Source: Planctomycetota bacterium
GTDB taxonomy: Bacteria > Planctomycetota > Planctomycetia > Pirellulales > Pirellulaceae
Assembly (NCBI GenBank): GCA_039179795.1
Contig: JBCDEM010000001.1
Span: 567,045 to 631,044 of the forward strand
Length of the DNA: 64,000 nucleotides
Direction: 5' to 3'
The notes under the pieces are model-generated. The model did not search any database and had not been told where the DNA came from. It was given only the letters and a program-made list of their open reading frames with translations. The translations under genes and the position numbers were made by a program. Positions 18,463 through 27,963 of this stretch are shown one piece after another; the stretch's first letter is position 1, and each line of letters opens with the position of its first letter.

Positions 18463-19035
18463 TTATTCATGCGGATCCATTCGTTCCGCCAACCACGCTC
18501 TTGCGAATCGCCATCGCCGCTCGACCGTGCTCAAGCTCATGTCGAGTGCGTTCGCGATTTCATCCATCGACAATCCCACAAAGAACTTGAGCTTGACGAG
18601 ATCAGCCAGCTCTTTGGATTCGGATTCCAATTGGTCAAGGTGCTCGTTGAGATCCAATACGTGATCCATGGAAAGTGACGATGATTGCAGGATCGAAGGA
18701 CCAAGCGAGTCTGAGAGTTCCCGTTTAACGGCATCGCCGCCTCTTTTAAGGCGCGCCTTGGAGCGGGCCGAATCGACGAGGATTCGTCGCATCGATTCCG
18801 CCGCTGCACCAAAGAAGTGTCGACGGTTTTCCCAACTTGAGTTTTCACTCGGTGCAAGGCGAAGGAAAGCCTCATGAACGAGTGCCGTCGCTTGAAGCGT
18901 GTGGTCTTTTCTTTCCGAAAGCATCTGAGCGCGAGCCATCTCGTTCAATTCGGTGTACACACACTCGAATAACTCATCACGCACGTCGTGCCCATCGTTC
19001 ATATCACCCAGGATTTCAGTTAGCCGACGAACCAT
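18463..19035 (-). CDS. ECF sigma factor of the kinase-associated type (ECF43/TIGR02999-like)
   Basis: DHTLQATALVHEAFLRL, RHFFGAAAESMRRILVD, RLKRGG, C-terminal HTH ending RWRFARAWL. Confidence 0.93.
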   Translation of the reverse strand: MVRRLTEILGDMNDGHDVRDELFECVYTELNEMARAQMLSERKDHTLQATALVHEAFLRLAPSENSSWENRRHFFGAAAESMRRILVDSARSKARLKRGGDAVKRELSDSLGPSILQSSSLSMDHVLDLNEHLDQLESESKELADLVKLKFFVGLSMDEIANALDMSLSTVERRWRFARAWLAERMDPHE

Positions 19036-19132
19036 TTTTATTTGTGCAACGTTGTCAAGCAGTGGTTGGCTTATCGTCCCCGCAGCAGATTTTAGTAACG
19101 GGGAAAGTGACTTGGTGGACGAAGATGATGAA

Positions 19133-19621
19133 TCAATCGAACCACCATTCGATCACGCTTCCAAAGTCTGCTCGCAGTAGAATCAGAGCGCTCACGCAAA
19201 GAGCGACGTAGAGAGCTCCAAGAGAGCAACACAGTTTAAACCGCGTATTCGGTCGTACTCGAAACGGATGGAAGAAAGCTGCAACGAAGCCCAGCGGTGT
19301 CAGGACAGGAACACCCAACAACAGAAAACCCGGAATCGGATAGGCAAGATCCATTAAGCCACCGATCGACTTTGGGTCATCGAGCATCGGGCGGGGCTGA
19401 TGACCGAGTTGTACCCAAGCGAGCCCCCAGACAGCGTAGAACGAGCCAACGAGCCAGATCGGGTAGAGAGAAACGATCCACCAGATAAGCGTGCGACCGC
19501 GAAAGTTGGTCGCTGTTTCCTGCTCCTCGGTTTGCGGCTCGTGTACCGCGGATACCGGTACTACAGGAGCACGATAGGGATTGCCTTGAATGGTTGAGTC
19601 CTTACTGTGGAATCCAGTCAT
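19133..19621 (-). CDS. Hypothetical membrane protein (about 3 TM, N-terminal NPYxAP)
   Basis: 162-aa ORF with three hydrophobic segments, upstream of and co-oriented with the ECF gene. Confidence 0.7.
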   Translation of the reverse strand: MTGFHSKDSTIQGNPYRAPVVPVSAVHEPQTEEQETATNFRGRTLIWWIVSLYPIWLVGSFYAVWGLAWVQLGHQPRPMLDDPKSIGGLMDLAYPIPGFLLLGVPVLTPLGFVAAFFHPFRVRPNTRFKLCCSLGALYVALCVSALILLRADFGSVIEWWFD

Positions 19622-19881
19622 TCGGTTAGTTGTTTCATTCCTGTCGGGGCGACCAGGGTATCTAAAAACGCCAGCACGGTAGACAAGTACGATTCATGAT
19701 CGCGACTCATGGACGGGAACTTAGATGAGCGTATTCAGACGAGATCGACGCTAGTGCCTATCGCTATCTCTTAAATTAAAAGATTGAAAACCGGTCCGCA
19801 AAGGCTTCCGTTCGTTGGCCGTTGCCTAGGGCAGTTGCAGAGTGGCGGGTTTGCTGGCAAATCTGCCAGAGTCCCGCTGTT

Positions 19882-19887
19882 TTGACA
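19882..19887 (+). promoter_or_regulatory. Possible sigma70 -35 box for the blaI-like operon
   Basis: Exact TTGACA 30 nt upstream of the operator; only a weak -10 candidate (GAAACT). Confidence 0.35.
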
Positions 19888-19917
19888 GAAAATCCGCGGT
19901 ATCGAAACTGCTGTTGA

Positions 19918-19966
19918 TTCGCGTACGTTTGTACGCCTAGGATGTTCACGTACAAGCGTACGCGAA
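19918..19966. promoter_or_regulatory. Putative BlaI-family double operator
   Basis: 18-bp inverted repeat TTCGCGTACGTTTGTACG-N13-CGTACAAGCGTACGCGAA (1 mismatch). Each arm contains CGTAC-N4-GTACG. Ends 31 nt before the BlaI start. Confidence 0.75.
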
Positions 19967-19997
19967 ACAGCCTCGACACGAGAAATGGAGTGAAGCG

Positions 19998-20390
19998 GTG
20001 GGTGATCGACCATCCCTTTCAAAGGGTGAGTTGGATGTTGCTCGAGTCCTGTGGGAGATCGGGCCGGCAGCCGTCCGGCAAGTGCACGAAGTGCTCGCGA
20101 AAGATCGCGGCATGGATTTCTCGACCGTCCAAACGTACCTCCGGCGACTGGAATCAAAGCAGTATGCCAATTCGCGGCTCGAGGGACGAATTCGCGTTTA
20201 CTCAGCCCGCGCTAAGCCTCGCACCGTCATTCGCCAAACGGTCGATGAACTCGTCGATGTGTTGTTCGGTGGTGAAACGATGCCGCTGGTTAAACATCTG
20301 ATTGAAGACGGCGACATCAGTTCAGATCAGCTCGGTGAGCTGAAGAATCTGATCGAACGGATGGAACAGGGCAGGGGAGAGGAGGAATGA
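19998..20390 (+). CDS. BlaI/MecI/CopY family transcriptional repressor
   Basis: LSKGELDVARVLW, STVQTYLRRLESK, RIRVYSA, VLFGG..PLVKHL, SSDQLGELKNLI. GTG start. Confidence 0.95.
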   Translation: MGDRPSLSKGELDVARVLWEIGPAAVRQVHEVLAKDRGMDFSTVQTYLRRLESKQYANSRLEGRIRVYSARAKPRTVIRQTVDELVDVLFGGETMPLVKHLIEDGDISSDQLGELKNLIERMEQGRGEEE

Positions 20391-23300
20391 TGGATAGTCA
20401 GTTTCTCAACCTAATGCTGTGGCAAGCGATTCAAATCGCGATCTTAGTCACCGTGACCAAACTGTTGCTCAAAACTCCGGGCAGAACTCGCCCGTTTCTC
20501 TCGCACGTACTTTGGGCCGTCGTGCTCATCAAATGTATCACGCCGCCGATCTGGAGCAGCCCTTTCGGGGTGTTTACTCAGATGGCCAACCACGTGGAGC
20601 TTTCATCTCTTCGTTCAAATGTCACAAGTCAAGATGCATTGACTGCGAGAGCAAGTGAACGGCCATGGGAGGCTGTGGAAACGAATCCGCAAGACTCAAC
20701 ACTCTATGCGAGGATCCATGTCGATCCATTGGAAACCGCATCACTCGCCGAACCCATTGAAGTAGGTGCATCCACTCGATTTCAACATGGGCGGCCAGAA
20801 TCGAATGATTCGACGGAACGAATCGTTGGCGTTCCCCTACTGGTCGTTTGGTTGGGAGGTGCCATATTCGCCGCTGGATTTCTATTTGTGCGACTGATTG
20901 CTTTCTTCTATCGACTGCAGTCGTTACCCATCCGGCAATGTCCGGAGTTGGATCAACTGACGCTGCGGTTAAGCAAACGACTAAGAATTCGAAAGTCGGT
21001 TCGAGTGCATATTGTTGACGGCAATATTGGACCGGCCGTGCTCGGTTGGTTTCGGCCCCGCGTCTTGCTTCCGGAAGTGATCGTTAACGATACACAACCG
21101 AATTCACTGCGGCTTTTGATCACGCACGAGCTCATGCACATTCGCAGGGGTGATCTTTGGTGGGCTGGACTTCAAGAGATCGCTCGATGTGTTTGGTGGT
21201 TTCATCCATGGGTCCGCCACGCCGCGAAATCCATGGAGTGCGAAACGGAGAAATGCTGTGATCAACAGACGATGACGGCCATGAAGTGCCTGCCATCCGA
21301 CTATGCGAAATGCCTGGTCGAAGTCTTGGAAAAGAAACATCAACTTCGTGCGGCACCTACGTTTCCGGGTGTTCGCGCAATTGACATTACCACGGAACGG
21401 TTGGAGAGAATTATGACAACGGATGTGAAACGTAAAACACGCAACCAAGTCTGGGTGTGGCCTTGCTTACTGATTGCTTGTGCGGTGATTTTGCCGGGAG
21501 CAGGAATGGTTTCGGCGCAAACAGATCAAACGGAATCAACGCAAACGGAAGGTAAGGCAACGTCAACCACCGAGTCATCGCAAGCCAAGCGATCATCAGA
21601 CCGGAAGGATCCTTCCCCGGGAAGCGAAATAGCAACTTCGGGTGATGGCGAAACTGGCTTGATCACTCACGGGCGTCTGGCACGGACCGGCCGATTCATT
21701 TTTGGTTCGGCAGTGAACAGTGATGCAGGTCTTGAAGGTCAGGTGATCACCGAAGACTCTCCTACGCCGGAGCAATCGGCCAAGCAACCGAAGGTTCTCC
21801 CTAACCCTGTTCCAAACGAACGAATCGCAACGCGAATCGTCACGAAAACACCTGTCCTTCGCACCTATTCCATCCAAGGAGTGCTGAAGCGATTACGGGA
21901 GACCGGAGTCGACAGAGAGACGGCAGAAACCCAGTTTTTGAACATGCTTCCGAAGATTCCCGATAACAACCTTCAAGTCGATCTCCAGGTCTTTTCTGAG
22001 GGCGACGGAGAGGAAGACGGCTCGAACACTCCGAAACGACGTGGAGCCGTGATACAGGATGAGAGGCTGTTTCTAATGGCTCCTGAGCACATTCACCAAG
22101 AGGTCACCGACCTGATTCGACGCAGCGAGCGTTTCGGATTCGAGCAAGTTTTAATCGAAGCCTCTCTTGTGTTGGTTCCGACCGACCAATGGGAGTCACT
22201 CGGCGTTGAATGGCGACCCATCGTCAAGGCCGAACACGATTCAGATTCAGTTTCGGACGTTGCCCCGGCAGCACCCGCGTTGCCGCGACTGCCGACGCTC
22301 ACAGCACCGATCGCGTCTGTTCGTTTGCCTCAGCTTCCGACCGCTAATCTTCGTGATACAACGACTCAAAATACCGGACCGAAACCTGATCCTTCCAATG
22401 CGCCGGAATCCAACACACAAGAATCCAATACCGTTGATCAATCCAGCGGGGACATTGATCAGGTCGCCGTACAAAGTCCAGCATCGGTCAGACAGTTGAG
22501 TGCACATACTTCCATTCAGCGCTTTAATCAGATGGAGATCGCCGTTCTTGACCATAACCCCACCGAACGCGTTGTCCGTTCGGTGAAAGGAATTCAAGTG
22601 CTTTCCGTACCAAAGGTGATCACCGTCAATGGCCGATCTGCCGCGATCGAAGTCGGTGCCAAACAGAAGCTGATAAGTGGTTATCAATCCACGGCCGATG
22701 GCAAAGGAATGGAGCCCCTTCATGAGGATGTACAGGTTGGAACGACGATGAACTTAAAGCCGGAAGTTGTCGATCGACGCTACGTAAAACTGAACGTCAA
22801 TTTGCAGTTGTCCCGCTTGGTGGATGCGCCTCAGAGTGAATCAGTTGCGAGACGTATCGCGAAGTTCGGCGATCCGATTCAGGCGTTGTCGGAAACTCAC
22901 ATCGAAACCATGTGTAACATTCCGCTTGGCCACACGCTGGCGATCGGTGGATTAGAAGTGGAAGAGCACGGAAAACCACATCGATTGCTCTGCTTCATGC
23001 GATGTGATCTCGTTTCCAACGTCGTGAAGAATCAGAAAGAAGGCAACGCTGAGGCCCTGCGGCCGCCCAGATACACGAAGAGGTTAACGACGCTGTCATT
23101 CGTAGATGGGAAGATGCCCATCGTTGGTAGTGCAGCAAATAGTGACGGTGATCAATCGACTCTGATTTTCGACTTGTTGGGAAAAGAGGACCAGAGGGTC
23201 AAGCTCTCTGGTGACTCGAGCGTTGAGGCGAAGAGTGGCTCGATGGATCTTCGCGTTCGGGATTTTCGGCTCGAGTGCTCTGATGGTGACCGGTTGGCGG

Positions 23301-23530
23301 CTGATCGGGCACAGATTCGCTTGCGATCCGATGCATCAACCTCAGCTCACCTTGTCGGGAGCGTTTACGTCCGATTAGGAGATCGTGAGATCAAGGCTCA
23401 CGAATGCCGAATTATCGGCGAGACGATCATTCTGAATGGCAACGTCCAAGTCAAATCGGATGAGATGGAATTCACCACGGCCGATCTGCGGTTGACCATC
23501 CCAGACGATTCGACGAAGTCGAGCAAGTAA
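20387..23530 (+). CDS. BlaR1/M56 family metallopeptidase fused to secretin-like and beta-rich C-terminal domains
   Basis: GPAVLGWFRPRVLLP, HELMH (21125-21139), WWFHPWV, EKCCD, YAKCLV. Later VLIEASLV, VLSVPKVITVNGRSAAIEVG, VGTTMNLKPEV and TLAIGGL are secretin motifs. ATGA overlap with blaI. Confidence 0.9.
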   Translation: MMDSQFLNLMLWQAIQIAILVTVTKLLLKTPGRTRPFLSHVLWAVVLIKCITPPIWSSPFGVFTQMANHVELSSLRSNVTSQDALTARASERPWEAVETNPQDSTLYARIHVDPLETASLAEPIEVGASTRFQHGRPESNDSTERIVGVPLLVVWLGGAIFAAGFLFVRLIAFFYRLQSLPIRQCPELDQLTLRLSKRLRIRKSVRVHIVDGNIGPAVLGWFRPRVLLPEVIVNDTQPNSLRLLITHELMHIRRGDLWWAGLQEIARCVWWFHPWVRHAAKSMECETEKCCDQQTMTAMKCLPSDYAKCLVEVLEKKHQLRAAPTFPGVRAIDITTERLERIMTTDVKRKTRNQVWVWPCLLIACAVILPGAGMVSAQTDQTESTQTEGKATSTTESSQAKRSSDRKDPSPGSEIATSGDGETGLITHGRLARTGRFIFGSAVNSDAGLEGQVITEDSPTPEQSAKQPKVLPNPVPNERIATRIVTKTPVLRTYSIQGVLKRLRETGVDRETAETQFLNMLPKIPDNNLQVDLQVFSEGDGEEDGSNTPKRRGAVIQDERLFLMAPEHIHQEVTDLIRRSERFGFEQVLIEASLVLVPTDQWESLGVEWRPIVKAEHDSDSVSDVAPAAPALPRLPTLTAPIASVRLPQLPTANLRDTTTQNTGPKPDPSNAPESNTQESNTVDQSSGDIDQVAVQSPASVRQLSAHTSIQRFNQMEIAVLDHNPTERVVRSVKGIQVLSVPKVITVNGRSAAIEVGAKQKLISGYQSTADGKGMEPLHEDVQVGTTMNLKPEVVDRRYVKLNVNLQLSRLVDAPQSESVARRIAKFGDPIQALSETHIETMCNIPLGHTLAIGGLEVEEHGKPHRLLCFMRCDLVSNVVKNQKEGNAEALRPPRYTKRLTTLSFVDGKMPIVGSAANSDGDQSTLIFDLLGKEDQRVKLSGDSSVEAKSGSMDLRVRDFRLECSDGDRLAADRAQIRLRSDASTSAHLVGSVYVRLGDREIKAHECRIIGETIILNGNVQVKSDEMEFTTADLRLTIPDDSTKSSK

Positions 23531-23582
23531 GTCGGCAATGCCGGAGTTTCGATTCGATCGGACCACGATCTATAAAATCCGA

Positions 23583-23605
23583 AAGGCGTTTCGCATAAAC
23601 GCCTT
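23583..23605 (+). terminator. Hairpin downstream of the M56 gene
   Basis: AAGGCGTTT-CGCAT-AAACGCCTT, 9-bp stem about 50 nt after the stop. Confidence 0.45.
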
Positions 23606-23706
23606 GTGGGATCTCGGAAGCGGCAGATCGTTGCTCTGGCAAGAATCGATGGAGGTGGCAAGTATACTGACGCTGAAACTTTAGATACCGCTGCTTGAGC
23701 CACCCC

Positions 23707-25269
23707 ATGAGACTATTGCAACAGCCTGTGTTGGTTTGTGTCGCCTTGATCCTTCTCCATGCAGAAGGAGCCGTGAGTGCTCAAGAGGACGGTATGGATT
23801 CTTCTGCTCAAACTGAGCAGCCTGCCATTGCCGCGCCCACGAACGAATTTGAACGCAAGATTCCGGTTGAATCGGTCGTTGAAACCAAGCACAACGCCAC
23901 GATAAACGGCGTTGATGTTTCGTATTCGGCGACAGCTGGAACCCAGCCGGTTTGGTCGGAAGACGGACAGCCGATCGCGACGCTTTTTTACACCTACTAT
24001 CGGCGTACTGATGTTGAAAAGGTCGAAACGCGACCGCTCATCATCTCTTTTAACGGTGGCCCCGGTTCCGCATCCGTTTGGATGCATCTTGCTTACACCG
24101 GACCGAGGATCCTTCGCATTGATGACGAAGGGTTTCCAATTCAACCATACGGTGTTCGCGACAATCCCCATTCGATCCTTGATGTTGCAGACATTGTCTT
24201 CGTGAATCCAGTGAACACGGGATACTCAAGGATCGTGGACGAGGATGCTGATAAGGAACAGTTTTTTGGTGTGAACCAAGACATCAACTATCTCGCAGAG
24301 TGGATCAATACGTTTGTGACCCGTGCCAACCGCTGGAATTCACCGAAGTATCTGATCGGTGAAAGCTACGGAACCACGCGTGTCTCTGGATTGGCTTTGG
24401 AGTTGCAAGACGACCAATGGATGTATCTCAATGGTGTGATTCTTGTTTCACCGACCGGACTGGGCATTGATCGAGACGGTCCCGTGGGTGCTGCCAATCG
24501 ACTGCCGTATTTCGCCGCAGCTGCCTGGTACCACAAACAACTTCCCAAGAAGCTTCAAAAGATGGATTTGTTGGATCTGTTGGAGCAGGTTGAACAGTAC
24601 ACACTCAATCAGTTGCTTCCGACCATGGCAAAAGGTGCGATGGCAGGTGACGAAGAACGCTCCGCAGCCATCAAGCAGTTTGCACGTTACTCCGGATTGA
24701 GTGAGCGTTCGATCCGGCAGCACAACTTAGACGTGCCGACGAGCTTTTTCTGGAAAGAGCTATTACGGGAGCAAGGCCAGACGGTCGGTCGTTTGGACTC
24801 TCGCTACAAGGGCCTCGATCGCATGGACGCAGGCACTCGCCCCGATTTCAACGCGGAGCTTGCATCCTGGTTGCATTCATTCACACCAGCCATCAATTCG
24901 TACTTTCGCAATGAGCTGAAATATAAAACGGACATCAAATACAACATGTTCGGTCCCGTTTCCCCCTGGGATCGTGATGGAGATGAGACGGGCGAGAATC
25001 TTCGTCAAGCGATGGCGATGAATCCGTTTTTGAAAGTGATGGTTCAAAGCGGATACTACGACGGCGCGACGACTTATTTCAATGCGAAATACACCATGTG
25101 GCACATCGATCCGAGCGGCAAAATGAAAGATCGCCTTCAGTTCAAGGGATATCGCAGCGGGCACATGATGTATTTGCGTGCCGAGGATCTGAAAACAGCC
25201 AACGAGGACATTCGGCAGTTCATTCAGCAAGCAACACCAAAGCCCGGACAACCGGCGATGTACAAGTAG
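23707..25269 (+). CDS. Secreted serine carboxypeptidase (peptidase S10)
   Basis: FNGGPGSAS, GESYGTTR, GYYDGAT, GHMMY; signal peptide. Confidence 0.93.
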   Translation: MRLLQQPVLVCVALILLHAEGAVSAQEDGMDSSAQTEQPAIAAPTNEFERKIPVESVVETKHNATINGVDVSYSATAGTQPVWSEDGQPIATLFYTYYRRTDVEKVETRPLIISFNGGPGSASVWMHLAYTGPRILRIDDEGFPIQPYGVRDNPHSILDVADIVFVNPVNTGYSRIVDEDADKEQFFGVNQDINYLAEWINTFVTRANRWNSPKYLIGESYGTTRVSGLALELQDDQWMYLNGVILVSPTGLGIDRDGPVGAANRLPYFAAAAWYHKQLPKKLQKMDLLDLLEQVEQYTLNQLLPTMAKGAMAGDEERSAAIKQFARYSGLSERSIRQHNLDVPTSFFWKELLREQGQTVGRLDSRYKGLDRMDAGTRPDFNAELASWLHSFTPAINSYFRNELKYKTDIKYNMFGPVSPWDRDGDETGENLRQAMAMNPFLKVMVQSGYYDGATTYFNAKYTMWHIDPSGKMKDRLQFKGYRSGHMMYLRAEDLKTANEDIRQFIQQATPKPGQPAMYK

Positions 25270-25336
25270 GATGAATTGCTTTCGATACGTTAGTTTTGCT
25301 TCGGAAACGTACGGTTGATTTGGATGAATCCGGAGA

Positions 25337-26443
25337 TCAATCGGACATGCTCGAGGGTAATTTCTTCTCAGCGATAAACCGTTGGATCATCCACATGTGG
25401 CCGAATTCCTTTCGACACTTTTCCATGTCCATGATGACTTCAACCATTGTTTGGTATCGATCGTCGACGGACTTTGCGACCATCTTCTGAAAAATCCGAT
25501 CGACTTCCGGTGCAACTTCCTCGCGAGTGGATCGCAAGGAAGGAATCGGCTGTTCGCGGTGCGCAACGATCTTCTCCATCGATGTTTCACCCGGGTAAAT
25601 GTTCTTGCCGGTGAAGGCGAAGTACATCGTGCAGCCGAGGCTGTATATGTCGGCTCGACGATCAGCGTTCTTAGCATTTAATGCCTGTTCGGGAGCGATG
25701 AAATCGGCCGTACCCATCAACGCACCAGCGCGAGTTATTTCCGTAAGGGTGACATCTGAATCGGTTGCGGCATCCGGTGAGATGACTCGGGCCAATCCCA
25801 TATCCAGGATCTTTGCGCTGCCGCTTCGATCGACCAAAAGATTGGAGGGCTTGATGTCACGGTGAATCACGTTTTTGGAGTGGGCAAACGCCAAACCTCT
25901 CGCTGCATCGAGGACGTGATCAAACGCAGTCAGAACAGCTAGTGTTTTGCGAGTGTGGAGGACGGCTCCCAGGTGAAGTCCGTCCACCAGTTCCATCACC
26001 AAAAAGTTGTGTCCTTCGTGTTCACCACTGTCGAGTGCTGTGACAATATTGGGATGTTTCAATAGGGAAGCGAGCTCGACTTCACGTTGAAACCGCTTAA
26101 TCGAAAGAAGGTCTGCGGATGCACGCGGCGCCATCATCTTCAGCGCGACCAACTGATAAGAGTTTCGTGGGCGAGCTTTGTAGACAATGCCCATGCCTCC
26201 TTCACCGATCTTATCCATGATGAAGTAGTCACCAACGATCAGTGGATCGCGGCGAGTCTCCCGGATTACCTCCGCCTGATACTCCGTGAGCTTATATCGC
26301 CGCACGAGCTGCTTAGCCAAACCATCGACATCGGTTGGTGTATCGGAGGATAGCTGTGTTCGTTCAAACTCCTGAAGCTCATCCAGCGTCATCAATCCAA
26401 CGCTGCTGAGTTTTTGAGCGAACTGATCGTAGGAAACAGACAT
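25337..26443 (-). CDS. Cytoplasmic Ser/Thr protein kinase
   Basis: IGEGGMGIVY, VALK, HRDIKPSN, DMG, GTADFIAPE, DIYSLG; no TM; N-terminal helical module. ATG at 26443. Confidence 0.95.
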   Translation of the reverse strand: MSVSYDQFAQKLSSVGLMTLDELQEFERTQLSSDTPTDVDGLAKQLVRRYKLTEYQAEVIRETRRDPLIVGDYFIMDKIGEGGMGIVYKARPRNSYQLVALKMMAPRASADLLSIKRFQREVELASLLKHPNIVTALDSGEHEGHNFLVMELVDGLHLGAVLHTRKTLAVLTAFDHVLDAARGLAFAHSKNVIHRDIKPSNLLVDRSGSAKILDMGLARVISPDAATDSDVTLTEITRAGALMGTADFIAPEQALNAKNADRRADIYSLGCTMYFAFTGKNIYPGETSMEKIVAHREQPIPSLRSTREEVAPEVDRIFQKMVAKSVDDRYQTMVEVIMDMEKCRKEFGHMWMIQRFIAEKKLPSSMSD

Positions 26444-26724
26444 GTTGCAAATAATGGCACGATCGGCGCCGACGAAGGGCGTCATTTCTACTGAAAAACA
26501 AAAGCATAATCACAATGTCCATTGTCTGGTGGCGAGTCATCTCATTCAAGCTTTTCAGTTTTGTCGGAGATTTCCTGGGTCGGGTCGATCAAATCGTGCC
26601 GCGGGATTGCATGCATCATCGCTAAACTGGGGCCGATTGACTGACAATGCCGCATAACGGTGGATCGTCGCCGAGCTGCTCGATCGTGGTGCGTGGTTTG
26701 TCGAGGCCTGCGAAGGGTGTGAGA

Positions 26725-27963
26725 ATGGACGACATTTCGAGTAAGACTGACATCGAGAATTCCACCGCTTCAGAAGATCCGGACGAAACACTGGTCGATC
26801 GGGTTGTCAGCATCGACGTTTATCGCGGAATGGTGATGTTTCTGATGCTGGCGGAAGTCATGCATCTGTACGATCTCGCTGAGTCGTTTCCAGGTCATTC
26901 CTGGTTGGAGTGGCTTCGCTTCCATACCACTCATATGGTTTGGGAAGGCTGTTCGCTTCACGATCTCATTCAACCCGGGTTCACCTTTCTGGTTGGCGTG
27001 GCGATGCCTTTCTCCATTGCCAGCCGTCTGAAACGCGGCAAGTCGACTGGCCGATTGGTTGCACACGCCGCTTTGCGAAGCTTCATCCTGATTGCCCTGG
27101 GGATCGTGCTCCGTTCCCTCGGACGAGATCAGACCTACTTCACGTTTGAAGACACGCTGACGCAAATTGGGTTGGGTTATTTCGTTGTCTTTTGCATCGC
27201 CGTCTGGGCACCGCCAAAGGGATACCTCATCGCTTTGGGAATGGTATTGGCCGGCTTTTGGGGAACGTATGCCATCAGCCAACCACCTCCGGATGATTTC
27301 GACTATCCGGCTGTTGGCGTACCTGAAAACTGGGAACATCATGAACCCGGGTTTGCGTCCAGATTCAACAAGAACAGCAACATCTCTTGGCGGTTTGATA
27401 CATGGTTTCTTAATCTCTTTCCGCGTGAGGAACCATTTCGATTCAATGCAGGTGGTTACGCGACACTCTCGTTCGTTCCCACGATGGCGACGATGTTGTT
27501 TGGGTTGATAGCCGGAACTTGGATTCGAGTTGTGCAGACGTTTCGCGGTCGGTTCCTTCGCATGGTTTTGTTTGGCACGACCTGCATTGTGGTTGGTATG
27601 TTGCTCTCGAAAACAGACATTTGTCCTTTGGTGAAGCGCATATGGACGCCTTCTTTTGCACTCTACAGTGGTGGCTGCTGTCTGATTTGGTTGGCTTGTC
27701 TGCATGCGATTTGTGATCGAGCCAAGTTTCGCAAATGGGCAAGCCCTTTCGTTGTCATCGGTGCCAATTCGATCTTGATCTACGTGATGAGTTGGACGGT
27801 CGCAGGTCCCATTCGCGCAATGCTGTTTCGACACTTTGGAGAGCGCCCATTCGCCATTTTCGGGGAAGCTTTGGTACCGGTGACTGCTGGTGCGGCAACG
27901 CTTCTGGTGATGTATGGCGTTTTGTGGTGGTGCTACCGGCGACGTATCTTTATCAAGATCTAA
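26725..27963 (+). CDS. Heparan-alpha-glucosaminide N-acetyltransferase-like (DUF5009/HGSNAT) membrane protein
   Basis: RVVSIDVYRG, DLIQPGFTFLVGVAMPFS, LTQIGLGY, PLVKRIWTPSF, GANSILIY. Confidence 0.88.
   Translation: MDDISSKTDIENSTASEDPDETLVDRVVSIDVYRGMVMFLMLAEVMHLYDLAESFPGHSWLEWLRFHTTHMVWEGCSLHDLIQPGFTFLVGVAMPFSIASRLKRGKSTGRLVAHAALRSFILIALGIVLRSLGRDQTYFTFEDTLTQIGLGYFVVFCIAVWAPPKGYLIALGMVLAGFWGTYAISQPPPDDFDYPAVGVPENWEHHEPGFASRFNKNSNISWRFDTWFLNLFPREEPFRFNAGGYATLSFVPTMATMLFGLIAGTWIRVVQTFRGRFLRMVLFGTTCIVVGMLLSKTDICPLVKRIWTPSFALYSGGCCLIWLACLHAICDRAKFRKWASPFVVIGANSILIYVMSWTVAGPIRAMLFRHFGERPFAIFGEALVPVTAGAATLLVMYGVLWWCYRRRIFIKI

Noticed and set aside
22400-22440. 15-bp near-duplication (ESNTQ/ESNTV) in the M56 gene linker
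   Set aside because: Only two imperfect copies in a low-complexity linker.
26770-27834. 354-aa minus-strand ORF
   Set aside because: Antisense shadow of the DUF5009/HGSNAT gene; no motifs and atypical composition.
27960-27963. Overlapping stop codons of convergent genes (CTAA)
   Set aside because: Common compact arrangement with no further signal.
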